From NCBI RefSeq assembly GCF_018977255.1, contig NW_024704743.1:115694001-115758000 (forward strand): DNA of 64,000 nucleotides, given 5' to 3'. A program made the position numbers and the translations under genes. Source of the stretch: Callorhinchus milii (taxonomy: Eukaryota). Positions 1 to 12,255 of this stretch are shown piece after piece. The notes under the pieces were generated by a model. The model did no database searches, was not told the origin of the DNA, and saw only the letters and a program-made list of their open reading frames with translations. The stretch's first letter is position 1. Each line of letters begins with the position of its first letter.

Positions 1-394
1 CAGACGTTCTCTTTGATTTGCAACCTTCTCTGGGCCGCATCTGTGTTTCTGCATTCATGTTCTAGAACTTGGCAGCGCTGTTTAGGATTTGGATATAAAC
101 ATCGCACAAACTATTTGGGTTGATTGGCCTTTTTCTCTGCTGTAATCCTATGTAATTTTATGCAGTAGAATAGTTGGTAAATTATCTGTTCCAAATGTTC
201 AAGGATTTGAATTATTAAATTAATTTCAAACCTGCCATAATACCTTCATTTTGGAAAAGTTGGGGTGTGACATGAACCTATTCTTCTTAATTTTCTTTTG
301 AAAAATGGTTCTAAAATTGTTTTTGGAAGCTTAGTGAGTGTTTGTTGTTGTTATTCCTTTTCCTGCTTCAGGGCACGTTTTTTTTTCCCCTCAG

Positions 395-589
395 GTTGTG
401 GGTAGCATGGACGCACATCCAAGCCGTTACTGTGCCACAGTGCGCGTGCAGCAGCATCGGCAGGAAATCATCCAGGACCTGGCGTTCATGGTGCGAGAAC
501 TCCTCATCCAGTTTTACAAATCCACTCGCTTCAAACCAACCCGCATCATATTCTACAGGGATGGAGTCTCGGAGGGACAGTTTCAGCAG
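395..589 (+). CDS. AGO2: Argonaute-2 internal coding exon (PIWI domain: [12 protein letters not shown]...QEIIQDL...[15 protein letters not shown])
   Basis: ttttcccctcAG acceptor, CAG|GTGAGT donor, 195 nt, phase 0/0. Translation nearly identical to human AGO2 and includes the catalytic Glu (QEII) and Asp (YRDG). Confidence 0.97.
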
Positions 590-659
590 GTGAGTGAAGA
601 CGGGTGAAGCTGTCGATTGGTTTCAGTTTGTTGGCTGCCTGACAAACTTGTATAATCAG

Positions 660-1030
660 TACCTTTAATGTAGAAATAAGCGTCTCGAAGCACTTCACTT
701 GGATGATGGGAGTCAGTGAGCAGATAGACTATGTTAAAGGTTAATAAGGAGATCAGAGATGCATTTTTAAGAGGGTCTTGAAGGAAGGTCGGAAGGGTGA
801 GGAGATATGGGGGTGCATTTCAGAGCATAGACTTGTCTACCTTTGTGGAGAGAGAGGGGAATGAGCAGTGGACAGACCGGAGTTGGAAGAGTGGAAGACC
901 AGGCAGGAGTAGAGGATTGTTAATGGACTTGGAGATCAGGGAGAGGATCTTGAATCAATCCATTGTGGCGCAGAACCCATGTACATTGGGGTCTAATTTG
1001 CGGCAGATGTTTTTCAGAGTTTGCTGATTT
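660..1030 (-). mobile_element. Old L2-clade LINE 3' fragment in AGO2 intron
   Basis: Degenerate match to the L2 3' region seen elsewhere in the window (gaggatcttgaa, ggtcttgaaggaagg). Confidence 0.55.
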
Positions 1031-1722
1031 TTTTGGATGCCATCCCTTTTCTTTTTTTGTGGGGAGGAGTTATCAGAATTAAACTTTTGAAAGTTTCCAT
1101 ATTAGTACATTGATGTTTTTACTCATTGAGTAGTCAGGACAGATTTTACTCATTGCGTAGTGTGTAACAAAGGATGAATGGGAGTACATTAAAAGACTGC
1201 AACTTAACTGAGGGGCTTGGTTGTAGAAGCTTCCAAGTTTTAACTGGGTCAATTTGCAAAGTGGTCTAAGCTTCAAGGAAATGTTGCAGCCATCCTTGTC
1301 CAGATCCACTGGGATCCAGCACCCAGCAGATAATATTTAAGATTTTCTCCCTCTCCTTCAAATACCACACATACCTTGCACCACCCTATTTCCTTCATCT
1401 CCTGCCACCATCCTCTTCCAGCCATTACTTCCAATCCATCAATTCTGACCTGCTTCATTGCACTCGCGCCGCCTTCAGCAGGCAAGCTTTCAGCTACTTT
1501 CTTCCCTTTCCTGTTGAACAGTTTCATCAAATCCTTCTGCCTCACGTCTTCTTTCTCTGCTAGCCATTTCCACGTGAAGATCTAACTCTTTAACCACCTT
1601 CTCCCAGCTTGACCTCAGGCTTGGCTTCCCAGCTTTGTGAAGAGTGTTTGAGAGGTTCTCCCAGTATGCCTGTGCAAATATCAATTGTTATTGGCTGTTA
1701 ACTAACATAAAACTTTTGCTAG

Positions 1723-1857
1723 GTGCTTCATCACGAGTTGTTGGCTATCCGGGAGGCGTGCATTAAGCTAGAAAAGGACTACCAGCCCGGCATCACATTT
1801 GTTGTGGTTCAAAAACGGCATCACACCAGGCTTTTCTGTACTGACAAGAACGAACGG
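1723..1857 (+). CDS. AGO2: Argonaute-2 coding exon ([45 protein letters not shown])
   Basis: Branch-point-like ACTAAC at 1701-1706, ttttgctAG acceptor, CGG|GTAAGA donor, 135 nt. VLHHE and CTDKNER are AGO2-type. Translated by hand; absent from the ORF track. Confidence 0.97.
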
Positions 1858-1894
1858 GTAAGAACCATTACTGAATAGTCAGGTTCCCAGGTGC

Positions 1895-2586
1895 AACCAG
1901 TAATCCAAAAGGTGAATGGAATTGTGGCCTTTATCTCGAAGCCTGGAATACAAAGGGGAAGAAATGATGCTTCAGCTGTATAGAGTGTTAGTCAGACGCC
2001 ATCTGGAGACTGCGTTCAGTTTCAGGCACCAAACCCCAGGAAAGATATGTTGGCCCTGGAGGGGGTGCAACACAGGTTCACCAGAATGTTACCAGGCCTT
2101 AAAGGGTTAAGTTACGAGGAAAGGCTGTGTAAATTTGGATTGTATTCCCTTCAGTGTAGAAGGTTGAGAGATGATTTGATTGAGGTGTTTAAGATGATAA
2201 AGGGATTTGATAGGGTAGATACCGAGAAGCTATTTCCTCTGGTGGGACACTCCAAAACAAGAGGGCATAGTCTTAAAAGTAGAACCAGGCCATTTAAGAG
2301 TGAAATCAGGAAGCATTTTTTCACTCAAAGGATGGTAGAAGTTTGGAATTCTCTCCCCCCAAAAGCTGTGGATACTGGATCCATCCACACTTCAAGAGTG
2401 AGGTTGATAGATTTTTGGTAGGTCAGGGTATTAAGGGATATGGGGAGAAAGCAGGAAATTGGAATTGAAAGGATTAGTTGAGGAACAGATCAGCCATGAT
2501 CCAATTAAATGGCGTAAAAGGCTTGAAGGACTGAATGGCTTACTCCAGTTCCTATGTTCCTAACCCAGTTCCTATGTTCCTAACCC
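1895..2586 (+). mobile_element. CR1-clade LINE 3' fragment in AGO2 intron
   Basis: ORF LEGVQHRFTRMLPGLKGLSYEERL...KHFFTQRMVEVWNSLP is typical CR1 ORF2 C-terminus; TTCCTATG-type tail. Confidence 0.9.
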
Positions 2587-3246
2587 TCATTTTACTTTGG
2601 TGGATTCATTGTAACTGAACATTGTAACTGTACAGCTGAAAAACAATGGGAGTCCAGGTCAGGCCTATGTGGCCTGCTACATTATACATTTTTAAACTAT
2701 TCTGAACAGCAAAGTACTTGTGCAACAGTGTGAACACGGTGTGAAAGTTGCCTCTCAAGTGACTATTTGGATTTATTCTTGATTCTGTAAATTATAAGAT
2801 ATCAAGGATTGATCAATGACTCATCCGATCATGCATTAGGTGGGAACTGGTTTAGACAATTGGCATGAATTGACAGTCAAGGGTTTTGTTTTGGGCGTTT
2901 ACTTCACCAATACTGGACTTCCAAATAGACCCAAGAATTAGAAGACTGGATGTTCACACAACAACAAATTACGGAGGTGGGGGAAGCAGAACAGGAAATG
3001 GCATTCTTATTACTTAAGCATTAGAGGCTTCAATTAGAAAAGGCACAAAGTCAAAGGAAAGATTAAAATTCAGATAGCTATGAAAGTTTCGGGCATGAAA
3101 GAAAAGAAAGTATTTGTGTTCAGAAATGTGAAATGCTGTCTCTAGCATTTCCAATTCTGTCCACTGTAGATTAGTGTTTCTGCTAATGTGTCTTAATGGC
3201 CTGTCTTTCAGACTCCAAATGTGTTTTAATTTACTTTTATTCCCAG

Positions 3247-3348
3247 GTTGGCAAAAGTGGTAATATTCCAGCAGGCACTACAGTAGACACAAAAATAACC
3301 CACCCGTCAGAATTCGACTTCTACTTGTGTAGTCACGCTGGTATTCAG
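3247..3348 (+). CDS. AGO2: Argonaute-2 coding exon ([34 protein letters not shown])
   Basis: tcccAG acceptor, CAG|GTGAGT donor, 102 nt in frame. Confidence 0.97.
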
Positions 3349-3657
3349 GTGAGTTGTAAAATGCCTATTGGGGTACTGTAATGTCGGAGAAGACATTTCC
3401 CTGTAAACAACCAGTTAACCCTCGGTAAAAGAAACTTCTTGAGAGGGTTACGAGTGCCCAGATGCAGCCCCTGCCATTGCTGATCACAAATATTCATTGT
3501 AAATATTAATTTAATATAAATATTTTTAAAAATCACGTGAAAAACGCTTTATCGAATGCAAGTATTATTATTAAAACCTTTGGGAACGAACCATTTAGCG
3601 TAATTATATTGCTGCAAGTCGCTTATTGCTGCTGTTTTATTATGCTGTATCCTGCAG

Positions 3658-3857
3658 GGAACAAGCAGACCATCTCACTACCATGTGCTTTGGGACGATA
3701 ACCGCTTCAACGCAGATGAACTTCAGATCCTCACATATCAGCTTTGCCACACGTATGTCCGATGCACACGATCTGTGTCCATCCCTGCCCCAGCCTATTA
3801 CGCTCACTTGGTGGCTTTTCGTGCCAGATACCATTTGGTGGACAAGGAACACGATAG
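3658..3857 (+). CDS. AGO2: Argonaute-2 coding exon ([15 protein letters not shown]...[22 protein letters not shown])
   Basis: cctgcAG acceptor, AG|GTACGT donor, 200 nt (phase 2 end). Contains the catalytic His (YYAHLVA). Confidence 0.97.
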
Positions 3858-4682
3858 GTACGTCAGAAACATTTGAGACTTTGACTAGTCGGGCTTTGTT
3901 TCCCAGAGAACGGGGGGAAAAAAGTTGACAGAAACACGGGGTGATGAAAGTTTTTTTTTAAAAAAGGCTGCTGGTAAACATTAGCTCGTATGCACTTTTG
4001 ATGGCTTGGGTTCTGCATGACAGTAAGCCTTAGCATTATTAAGCATTTACTGTCCTGTGTAATGTGGTATTGAGTTAGAAGAAGCTGGGAATGTTCGCAG
4101 TGAGAGAGGTTCCGGGGAGGTGTTATTAAAGTATTCGTGTTCCTATAAATAAAACTGGACCTTTAACTGTCTCTTTATCTCCAGAAGATTGTATTGGAGA
4201 GCAGATTAGCGGATTGATGCAAATCCATTTAGAGGCAGGATTTAATATTTATGAATCCTTTTGCAAATGCTGCATTTTAGATCTGAATGTTACTTTGTTG
4301 ATAAGTCAACCCAGATTCAAGTTTAGAAGAGGGCAAGTGAAAAGTCTGATCACATGTAATTTTACATTGAATAATGAATATGCATAATAGATTGCTGAAT
4401 GCCAACTAATGCAAATAGGTCAATATTTGTAGAGCTAATGGAAATTGTGCTGGTGCAACCAAATAATTTGAATCAGGGAGGAATAAATAAATATGCAGAT
4501 TGGAAATAAAGTAATAAATGACCCATGGGTGTATTTTCTGAGCAGATTTCCGAGGTGTTATACATTTTGCTGTTGTAGTCTTGACCATCTCATAGGTGAG
4601 GCGGAAGGTGTTTTAGGAATTTCGGTCTGTGCAAGTTTGTCTGTTGTAATAGTATGTATTGATGTGTTCTTTATCTTTCCAG

Positions 4683-4791
4683 CGCTGAGGGGAGTCACAC
4701 ATCTGGACAAAGCAATGGAAGGGATCAACAGGCCCTGGCCAAAGCTGTACAGGTTCACCAGGACACACTGCGCACCATGTATTTTGCTTGA
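4683..4791 (+). CDS. AGO2: Argonaute-2 terminal coding exon ([36 protein letters not shown])
   Basis: ttctttatctttccAG acceptor; frame continues from the previous exon; TGA at 4789-4791. GSHTSGQS and [12 protein letters not shown] match AGO2 rather than AGO1/3/4. Confidence 0.97.
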
Positions 4792-7700
4792 CAGATGTCC
4801 TCATTTGGGATTTCTGAACAGAGCTGGGCTAAGACCAGGCCACCTGCACTTATATTCACCCTCTTCTCACGGGCAGTGGTGATGAACTTGAGCAGTTCAA
4901 TGTTTCTGTTGATGTCTACATTTGCAGTACCCTGTAGGCCTCTCTCCTTGTGAGGTGAAATGTTATGTGGCTATTAATTTACAAATCACGTTGCCTGTAC
5001 TATTTCACCTGAAAAGTGAAAGCGTGGAATATTTGTGGACCTACAGTAGTGTCTCAGCTTAGTACACACAGTCACTAATGGAAGGTAAATAAATGCAACC
5101 TAATTGTGCATTAGACAAGAAACTAGGTTAAATTTAAGCCTAGTTTTAAAAAGCTTTTTGATTAGAGAAGATGAAAAATATATTTTCTTGAACTTTCATA
5201 GTGTGCATTAGAAACTGCATATTTCGATGGAGGTGTGTTATTTAGGGCAGCAGTGTTAGTGGAAGATCATGTTGGCTCTTTAAAGATACAGTATCCCTAT
5301 TGTTGGTCTCAAAACAGAAACTGAACATAAAGCAGCATTCCTTCATTATGTCTGGAGTTTTATCCAGTGAATTCAAAGACTACTGTAATACAGTACTGTG
5401 AAACTTGGCCAACTTTCTTATGAATCCCTAGGGTCTCTTAACGTTGAAAGTAATTTTGTAAAGAAACTAGATTCTTTTTTAATGAACGTACATCTTTATG
5501 GCTAGAATTAGAACTATATTGTACAGACTTGACTCAGCATCTCTGAAAATGTTAAACTGAGAATGCCAACAGAAGGAATGCAGTCTCTTTAAGGTGCAAT
5601 TTTGAGAGGAACGTGCTTGAAGCAATTTATCTTTGGAGACAATCTTATCAAACGTAACTAGAACTGATTGACACTACTATTTTTTAAACAAAGAAATGAA
5701 GTCTCTGATATTTTTGTAGGATACTGCAAATTGTTTAGTTCTCAGATCTCTTGATAACAGTAAAACCAGGGATTGAACAAAGTACTGGCTGCCATGGTGG
5801 GCCTGTCATGTGGAGCATAAGGATTTTATCATGGCAGCTGTTCTCGCTTTTCATTTTGAATCGTGAGTAGAAAGAAAAGAACCAGTTTGATGCCATAAAA
5901 CTAAGGAAAGAGAGAATGAAGTGGAATCTTATTTTAAAAAGTAAACTACCTCGTGGTTACCCTCGTCCCAGCAAAAAATAGAGAGCGAGCACATCTCTTA
6001 TCATGTTGGCAGGACAGTTCAAAGATGGTGCTAGGTTTTTTTGCCACGAGACAAACCTTTTGTTATGGTAGTCTGAATCTGCGCAAACCGATGCATGAAA
6101 ATTGCCCCCATCCGACCCCCCACAGTGAGGCACAGCCTTTCTGTACCGTATATATTCCCTAACTTTATTCCACAGCCTCTGTGCACTTATTTGATTGATT
6201 CAAAAATCACTGTATGATACATAATTCTTTAACATACCTCAAAACATTCGTGAGCTTCAAATGTCAACTAAGAAGGTGCAACTATCGTAAAATTTTAGTG
6301 TAAGGCAGTTATGTTTGTGCAGCCATGAAATCTAGCTGATATTTTACCTGTCGTAGACCTTCCAGACTCTTTTATCTGTTTCGATGTAACAAACATGATA
6401 CCGGCTACAGGCCACATATAACTGGAACAGTTGGGCAAAAGCAGTTTGCCTACTTGTGTGTTTGAACATATGATGCCAGGGCAAAGTGCTGCCAGTCACA
6501 TTAGGAATCTGACAATTGTGGTGAACTGGTTCAGACATTTTAATGTGTTTTTTAATTTATGAAATATGTATTTTGTGACTAGACTGCTGAAAAATGTCAA
6601 ATGAATTCTGAGACGCAGCATGTTGTCTGGTTTCCCCCCCTCCCCTCCCCGCTTGAAATGCAGTCATTTTATTATGTTTCCAAGTTAGAAGTTGAGCGGG
6701 GACAATAGAAAAGAATTGTAAAATGTAGTTCATTCTGTGGATGCTGCAGAAGCAGCTGGTAAATACATAACAAATGCAGCACAGCTTTATTGGCATTCAG
6801 TAGTTGCCACACTGGAGCCTTCCAACTCCTGACCCTGAAATCAGAGTTCAAGTCCTCAATCTTGACTGACATTCACACTCAGGCCTCTTCTTCTGCTCAA
6901 GTTTTAAAAGTCTTGACTTGGTTTTCTGAGGGGACGGGGATGAAATCCTGCCTGCAAATTGTGAGGGGAGTGGAAGGAGAGAGGTGCTTTCCACAAAACC
7001 TAAGCACTTCTGCTAACTCATTAACTGAACAGAAGCATTAACGATGTCAATCGCGATTCCTGATTGTGAACCATACCACCCTTTCCAATATTGTGTGGCT
7101 ACTCAATTAAAACTACTAAATTATTACAATTAAAACAAGTTGAAAAATAGAATGAATACTCAGGGGTATAATGACTACATTTGCTTTTTTTGTAATTTAA
7201 AGGATTGAGAACTAGGAGAGGTGTGTATTATCAAAACTGAATTATGAAGTATGGCATTATCTTATTGGAATTCAGGTAGGCAGCTGATGCAGTGTTAGAA
7301 CTTGTCCCTTTCAAACTTGCTCGTACAGGCATATTAGTTTTAATGAATTGGTACAGTCCGTGTGTTTCTTTTTATATTTTAAATGCAGAGTTAAGCTTTG
7401 TTACACTCTTGTATGGAACGGCAAAGAAGTTTTGACCAAAGCTTTATCTTATCGAGCTCCTCTATTGACTTCCTCACATAGCTCCAGGCTTGATCAGGGA
7501 GGGGTAGAAAAAAAGATTTCTTATACAGCGGTTTGTAATAAGTTCCATCATATTTGCAACACAAAAATCGAATATCACCACTTTAGAACATACATATAGT
7601 TAGTTATCTGTATTTTAAAGCAAACACAACAGCCTGGGCTGAAGTGATTTATTTTCCTGTTTAAATATTATTAAATGCTTATTGCACTTAGGGTACGGAC

Positions 7701-10700
7701 ATCATGGAACAAAGTCAGCCTCAGATGACTTGAATTTTTTTATAAAAAAGTATATAGAGTGTAAGTGGGCAAGTAGATTCCTGCATATTTAAAGATTAGA
7801 GAATCATAGGTGCTTTTAATCAGTATTTTCTGTTTTTAGCCAAACTTAAATGACTGCGCTGAGCTATTGTTCTAGAATGGGACAATCCTTAGATGCTTAT
7901 CTGTTTCTTTTGTTTCTAGGGGTGGATTAGGTTATTGAAGTGTCCTTAGCTATCAAGCAATCTCTAACCAGCACTGTAAAAAAAAGTTTACACATTGCTT
8001 CAAAGTTATGGGTGCTATTGCAATCTAGCCCCTGCTATTTTCTGTTTATTCTTAGACAGTATATTTATGGTGATAACTGGCGTTGAATCTGAGAACATTC
8101 TGATACTGTAAAGATTTGCAGCGGTGATCCCAGCATGTTCTATGCCAGCAAGATTAAAGCAATGATTTTGTGAGAAGCTATTACATTAGCTGCCATTCTA
8201 GAAACAATTGATGCTGCAATTAGGTGATTAAATCTGCCTTATAAATTACTGCCATTAGTGGCCAACTTTCAGTTTGGATAGTTTATTTTAACAATCTACG
8301 CCAAAAAAGTAGATAAAAGAACTAGATTGTAAAGCAATTTAATTGGTATTCTTATCAGCATGTGGCAGAATTCATCACAGGAATTAAACTGCAGCGAACA
8401 TTTTATGCATATTGAGAAATTATTTGTGCTTGTAAATACATCAGTGTAAATGATTCCAGTAAGGTGAAACAACTAAGAATTTTTTTTAAAGTAATAAAGT
8501 AGCATGATATGAATTGGTTGCAAAATGTTTCTAGCTGTAGGTTACTTTAAATGTCTTGCCACCTTTCATACCTCACATTTATATACGAGTATCATGAAAC
8601 CTTTTCACAGCAGCGTTTTAAAAAAGATCTCTAAGGCCAATCATTGACCGGGTTTTGAAAATGCTGCTTTGGGATCAGAGTGTTTGCTAAATACAACATC
8701 CATCTTAGACAGCATTTCTAAATTGTATTTGTCCTCCATAATTCATATACAAAACCTGCATATGTTGTACTATTTAAAAATTACTCGTGTAAATTGATGG
8801 ATCCACTGCACAGTCTAACTATGGTTTAAAACACAGGTGAATAATGTGTAAAACACACTTGTAGTGCACTTTCTATGAGCCTTTACATTTGTCACAGTGG
8901 TGCTAAACATTGTGCATAAGCTGGATCTTGTGTTTTTTTGCCGTTTTTAGAAAGCATCCTCCAGAAAAAATGTATTATCTTAGAAAATACTGCTTAGATG
9001 TCAGGAGCCAATTGATGTTTGTTTTCAAAAAAAATTAGGGCAAAGATATTTAGTTATCGACACTGTATTATGAAGAAATCCAAGGACATTCGCAACTTGA
9101 GCCTTTTATTTAAAACCTATATTGTATATGTGCTGTATAATTTAAAGTTTTTAACCTTTTGAAATTTACCAAAAAAGTTTCCACTCCAGTAACTATCATT
9201 TGAGTGAAGAAGTTGAAGACCGAGTTGTTAGAATCCTAAACATTTAGTCCAATTTTTCATGGGTTTTCCTCACCCTAAAAATTACTATGTCTAGTTTTAT
9301 ATTGTAAAATGCTTAAAGCCAAGATACTTCGCAGAAACCTCCATTATTCTGAATCTTGGGGGTCTGATTTGCGGTATTTCTTAATGGGGAAATGCAGAGT
9401 TCCCATTGATCTGAGGAACTCGTGCTTTGAAGGAACATCATAGGAGCAGAGTTCATGTGGTTCAGCAACATATTTCTAGTTACTGGATTGAATTGCAGGA
9501 TACAGTATACTGTTTGGAAATAATATACTAAAATTTGACCTCCTTTACCTAAAGGATAAGATCTGGCTTGACGTGGGTCAACTCAAATGGGCAACCTTTC
9601 TTTTGGGCAGGGAGATAGATCAGCACTGAATAAGCGAAGTATTCACTGAAAACATCTTGTAAACTATCTAGCAGCAGATAGTCAAGAGTCCAAGCCTACA
9701 GTCTGTAACATTTATATAGCTTATACTGTGCTACTATAAATGTTAACAAATACACCGTAACTTACCTTTTGACCTTACTGTGATTTCTACATTGTTGGCT
9801 TTATATTTTTATTGTAGTTTTTTTTTACTGACTTGCCATTAATGGGAATCCAGTGGTCTCGCAGATAGGTCCAGATCTTGCGCTTTCTGCTCTGTTCAGA
9901 ATTGCTGCCAGTTTTTTTGTTTGCAAAATTTAACACTGTAACTTGTATCATGTGTTTGCTTAATGTGATCAGTCATTTTTCCACTTTAAAGCTGTAGCTT
10001 TCCTTATGACGATGCAAGACAAATCAGACTGTGGCAGCGGTTGTCATCTGACATCTCTGATCTGCTGTTTGGAGAATGATAGGGGATTTTTTTAAATGAT
10101 ATGAACATTTTGAGCAGTTGAACTATATCAAATGTCTTGAAACACCTGACGTGTCCCTGGGCACTTACAAAAGAGAAAAAACACAAATCCAATGCAAAAA
10201 CTACATCTTCCATCAAAATTGTCATGCAACAAAAAGGTGCTTTGGAAATAACAAATTCAGAAAACGATCACTTTTGAAGTGTCAGTTATCTTCTGTTTGT
10301 CTGTGATCCGACTGAAGACCTCCCTTAAATGTATTCAAACTTTGGAGAAGAAAATACAAGGCCATTTAAAGTAGAAATGATGCTTTACAGACAGTTTCAC
10401 TAATAAATATATTTCTTGGAAGTAAAATGTTAATTTACTTAGTTTCCTGGGAAAGAGGAGGTGGGTGGGGGAAGAGAGAAAGGAATTTGGTGCCAATGTG
10501 ACTTTACAGCATCATATACTCTTTGATTGGCCTCCTTTCTATTTATTTAGTGTGTACTTTTTTTTCAAAATGTGGGTTGGAATTATGTATTTAAGGCATG
10601 ATAATTATCATAGAAAATAAAACAATTTCCATGTATTTTTGATCCAGATTATCTTGATATTTCTTTTTCTCTACGCTTATTCTCTTTATTTCCCCCCACC

Positions 10701-11940
10701 TCCCCCCAAAAAATCAGGTATCATTTCCACTCTAGCGTGTTCAAAAGAAAAAAAATAAATGATTCATGTTTGGGGAAAGGCATTGGCAACAGGAAAAAGG
10801 ATTAAAAAACCAATTGTGCTTTCTTACCCCTTTTCTATTCTGGACCTTCCTCAATGGATTGGCCCATTGCTGCAACTGCAACCTTAAATTGCAAAGCATT
10901 TCTCTGAGTTTAAAACGTAAAGACCAAATGAGCAATCTTTATTCTGTTTTAATTTTAGGATTGATGCAAAGTTAGACACACAATTGTAATTTGTTCTCCT
11001 CTCAAAGTTTATTATAGTGCTTTATTTTTTTTCTTTGTGCCTTGTGTAATCATTCCCATTGCATTGTCAAGTCTGTTGACAGGGTTAAATAGCAGTGCAT
11101 GACCGTATTGTACATAAACTGCTCAAATGAACAAACCGGTTTAAAAGAAAAACTTAATATATTTTGAGAAATTGTAAAGCACTGTTATTTATGCTGCATA
11201 AAATGATCAGTATTGCACTTTCTCAGCAGTCACTTCTGCCATATGACAGCTGTTAACAGAATAAAATAAACTGTGGACAAACGAGGTGGTTCTGCACAAT
11301 GTTTTTTAAGAGAGAAAAAAAATCCTACTCTTAAATCCTTAAATAGCAAAAGGAGGATTTCAATGCTTTCAAGTACCTCAAGAGCCTGACATATGCTGCA
11401 TTGAAAAGTTTTCTGAATATTTTTTGTTTTGAATTGCACAAACTCATCTACCTTCTGTAACTACTGCATTTTACAAGAGTGAAGTTGACTTCTGGAGCAC
11501 TGGTAGAATTGGGCACAAAGTGGACTTCTAAGTAATTTTAGTTCATGCTTTAAGTTGCATTTTAAATCAAGTAGTTTTGATCCTGAATGCCAATTTTTTT
11601 AAAAACCTTTTTAACCAGCACAGATAAGGTTCTGTTCCTCAACCTAATGTTTGTGGTCCATTTGCGCTTGAATGAGCAGTTTACACTCCTGTGGCGATGA
11701 GCATTAGCGTTGCTTGCAGTTTGTTTTACTAATGTACTTCTCTTGTGTAAATAATTACAATAGGTTACAATTGTCCATTCCCTTTGCGTCTTTTTAAATG
11801 AGCTTATCTATGCTGTAACCCTGACAGGTTATGTTGTACAAGTATATGAAATTGTGAATCTGATAAGATATCGACTTTTTGACTCGCAGTAATGGTATTA
11901 GCATTTTCTTAACAAATAAACTTATGTATCTTTAACTGTT
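4792..11940 (+). other. AGO2: Probable long AGO2 3' UTR (~7.1 kb)
   Basis: AT-rich unique sequence with no recognisable SINE/LINE until ~12055. Ends shortly after AATAAA at 11915-11920. The true end needs RNA data. Confidence 0.7.
11915..11920 (+). terminator. Candidate distal polyadenylation signal of AGO2
   Basis: AATAAA at the boundary of the repeat-free block, with TGTA motifs upstream. Alternative AATAAA at 5088-5093 and 11260-11270. Confidence 0.6.
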
Positions 11941-12054
11941 GACTAGAAATCGTGATTAAATAGCAACTTCTGGCATTGCTCTCTTTCCCTCCTTACATTT
12001 TTTTCAGCAGCCAGTCTTCCATTGTACCTTTCATTCATCAAGAGCAAGTAGCTT

Positions 12055-12255
12055 TAATAATAATCCTTTGCATTTGATATAGCGCTTTTCACGTCTTCTA
12101 GACGTCTCAAAGCGCTTTACAGAATATACTGTAAAGTGAATTGACCGTATATTTGTGGGCAAAACATGGCAGCCAATTGTGCGCAGCAGTGTCCCACGAA
12201 CAGTCGTGGATTGAAAATGACCAATTTATTGTTTTGTTTTGGAGGGATTATTATT
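12055..12255 (-). mobile_element. SINE 3' half
   Basis: Same consensus; first TE after the AGO2 3' UTR. Confidence 0.85.

Noticed and set aside
395..4791. Assignment to AGO1, AGO3 or AGO4
   Set aside because: Diagnostic residues ([32 protein letters not shown]) and CHRAC1 adjacency indicate AGO2.
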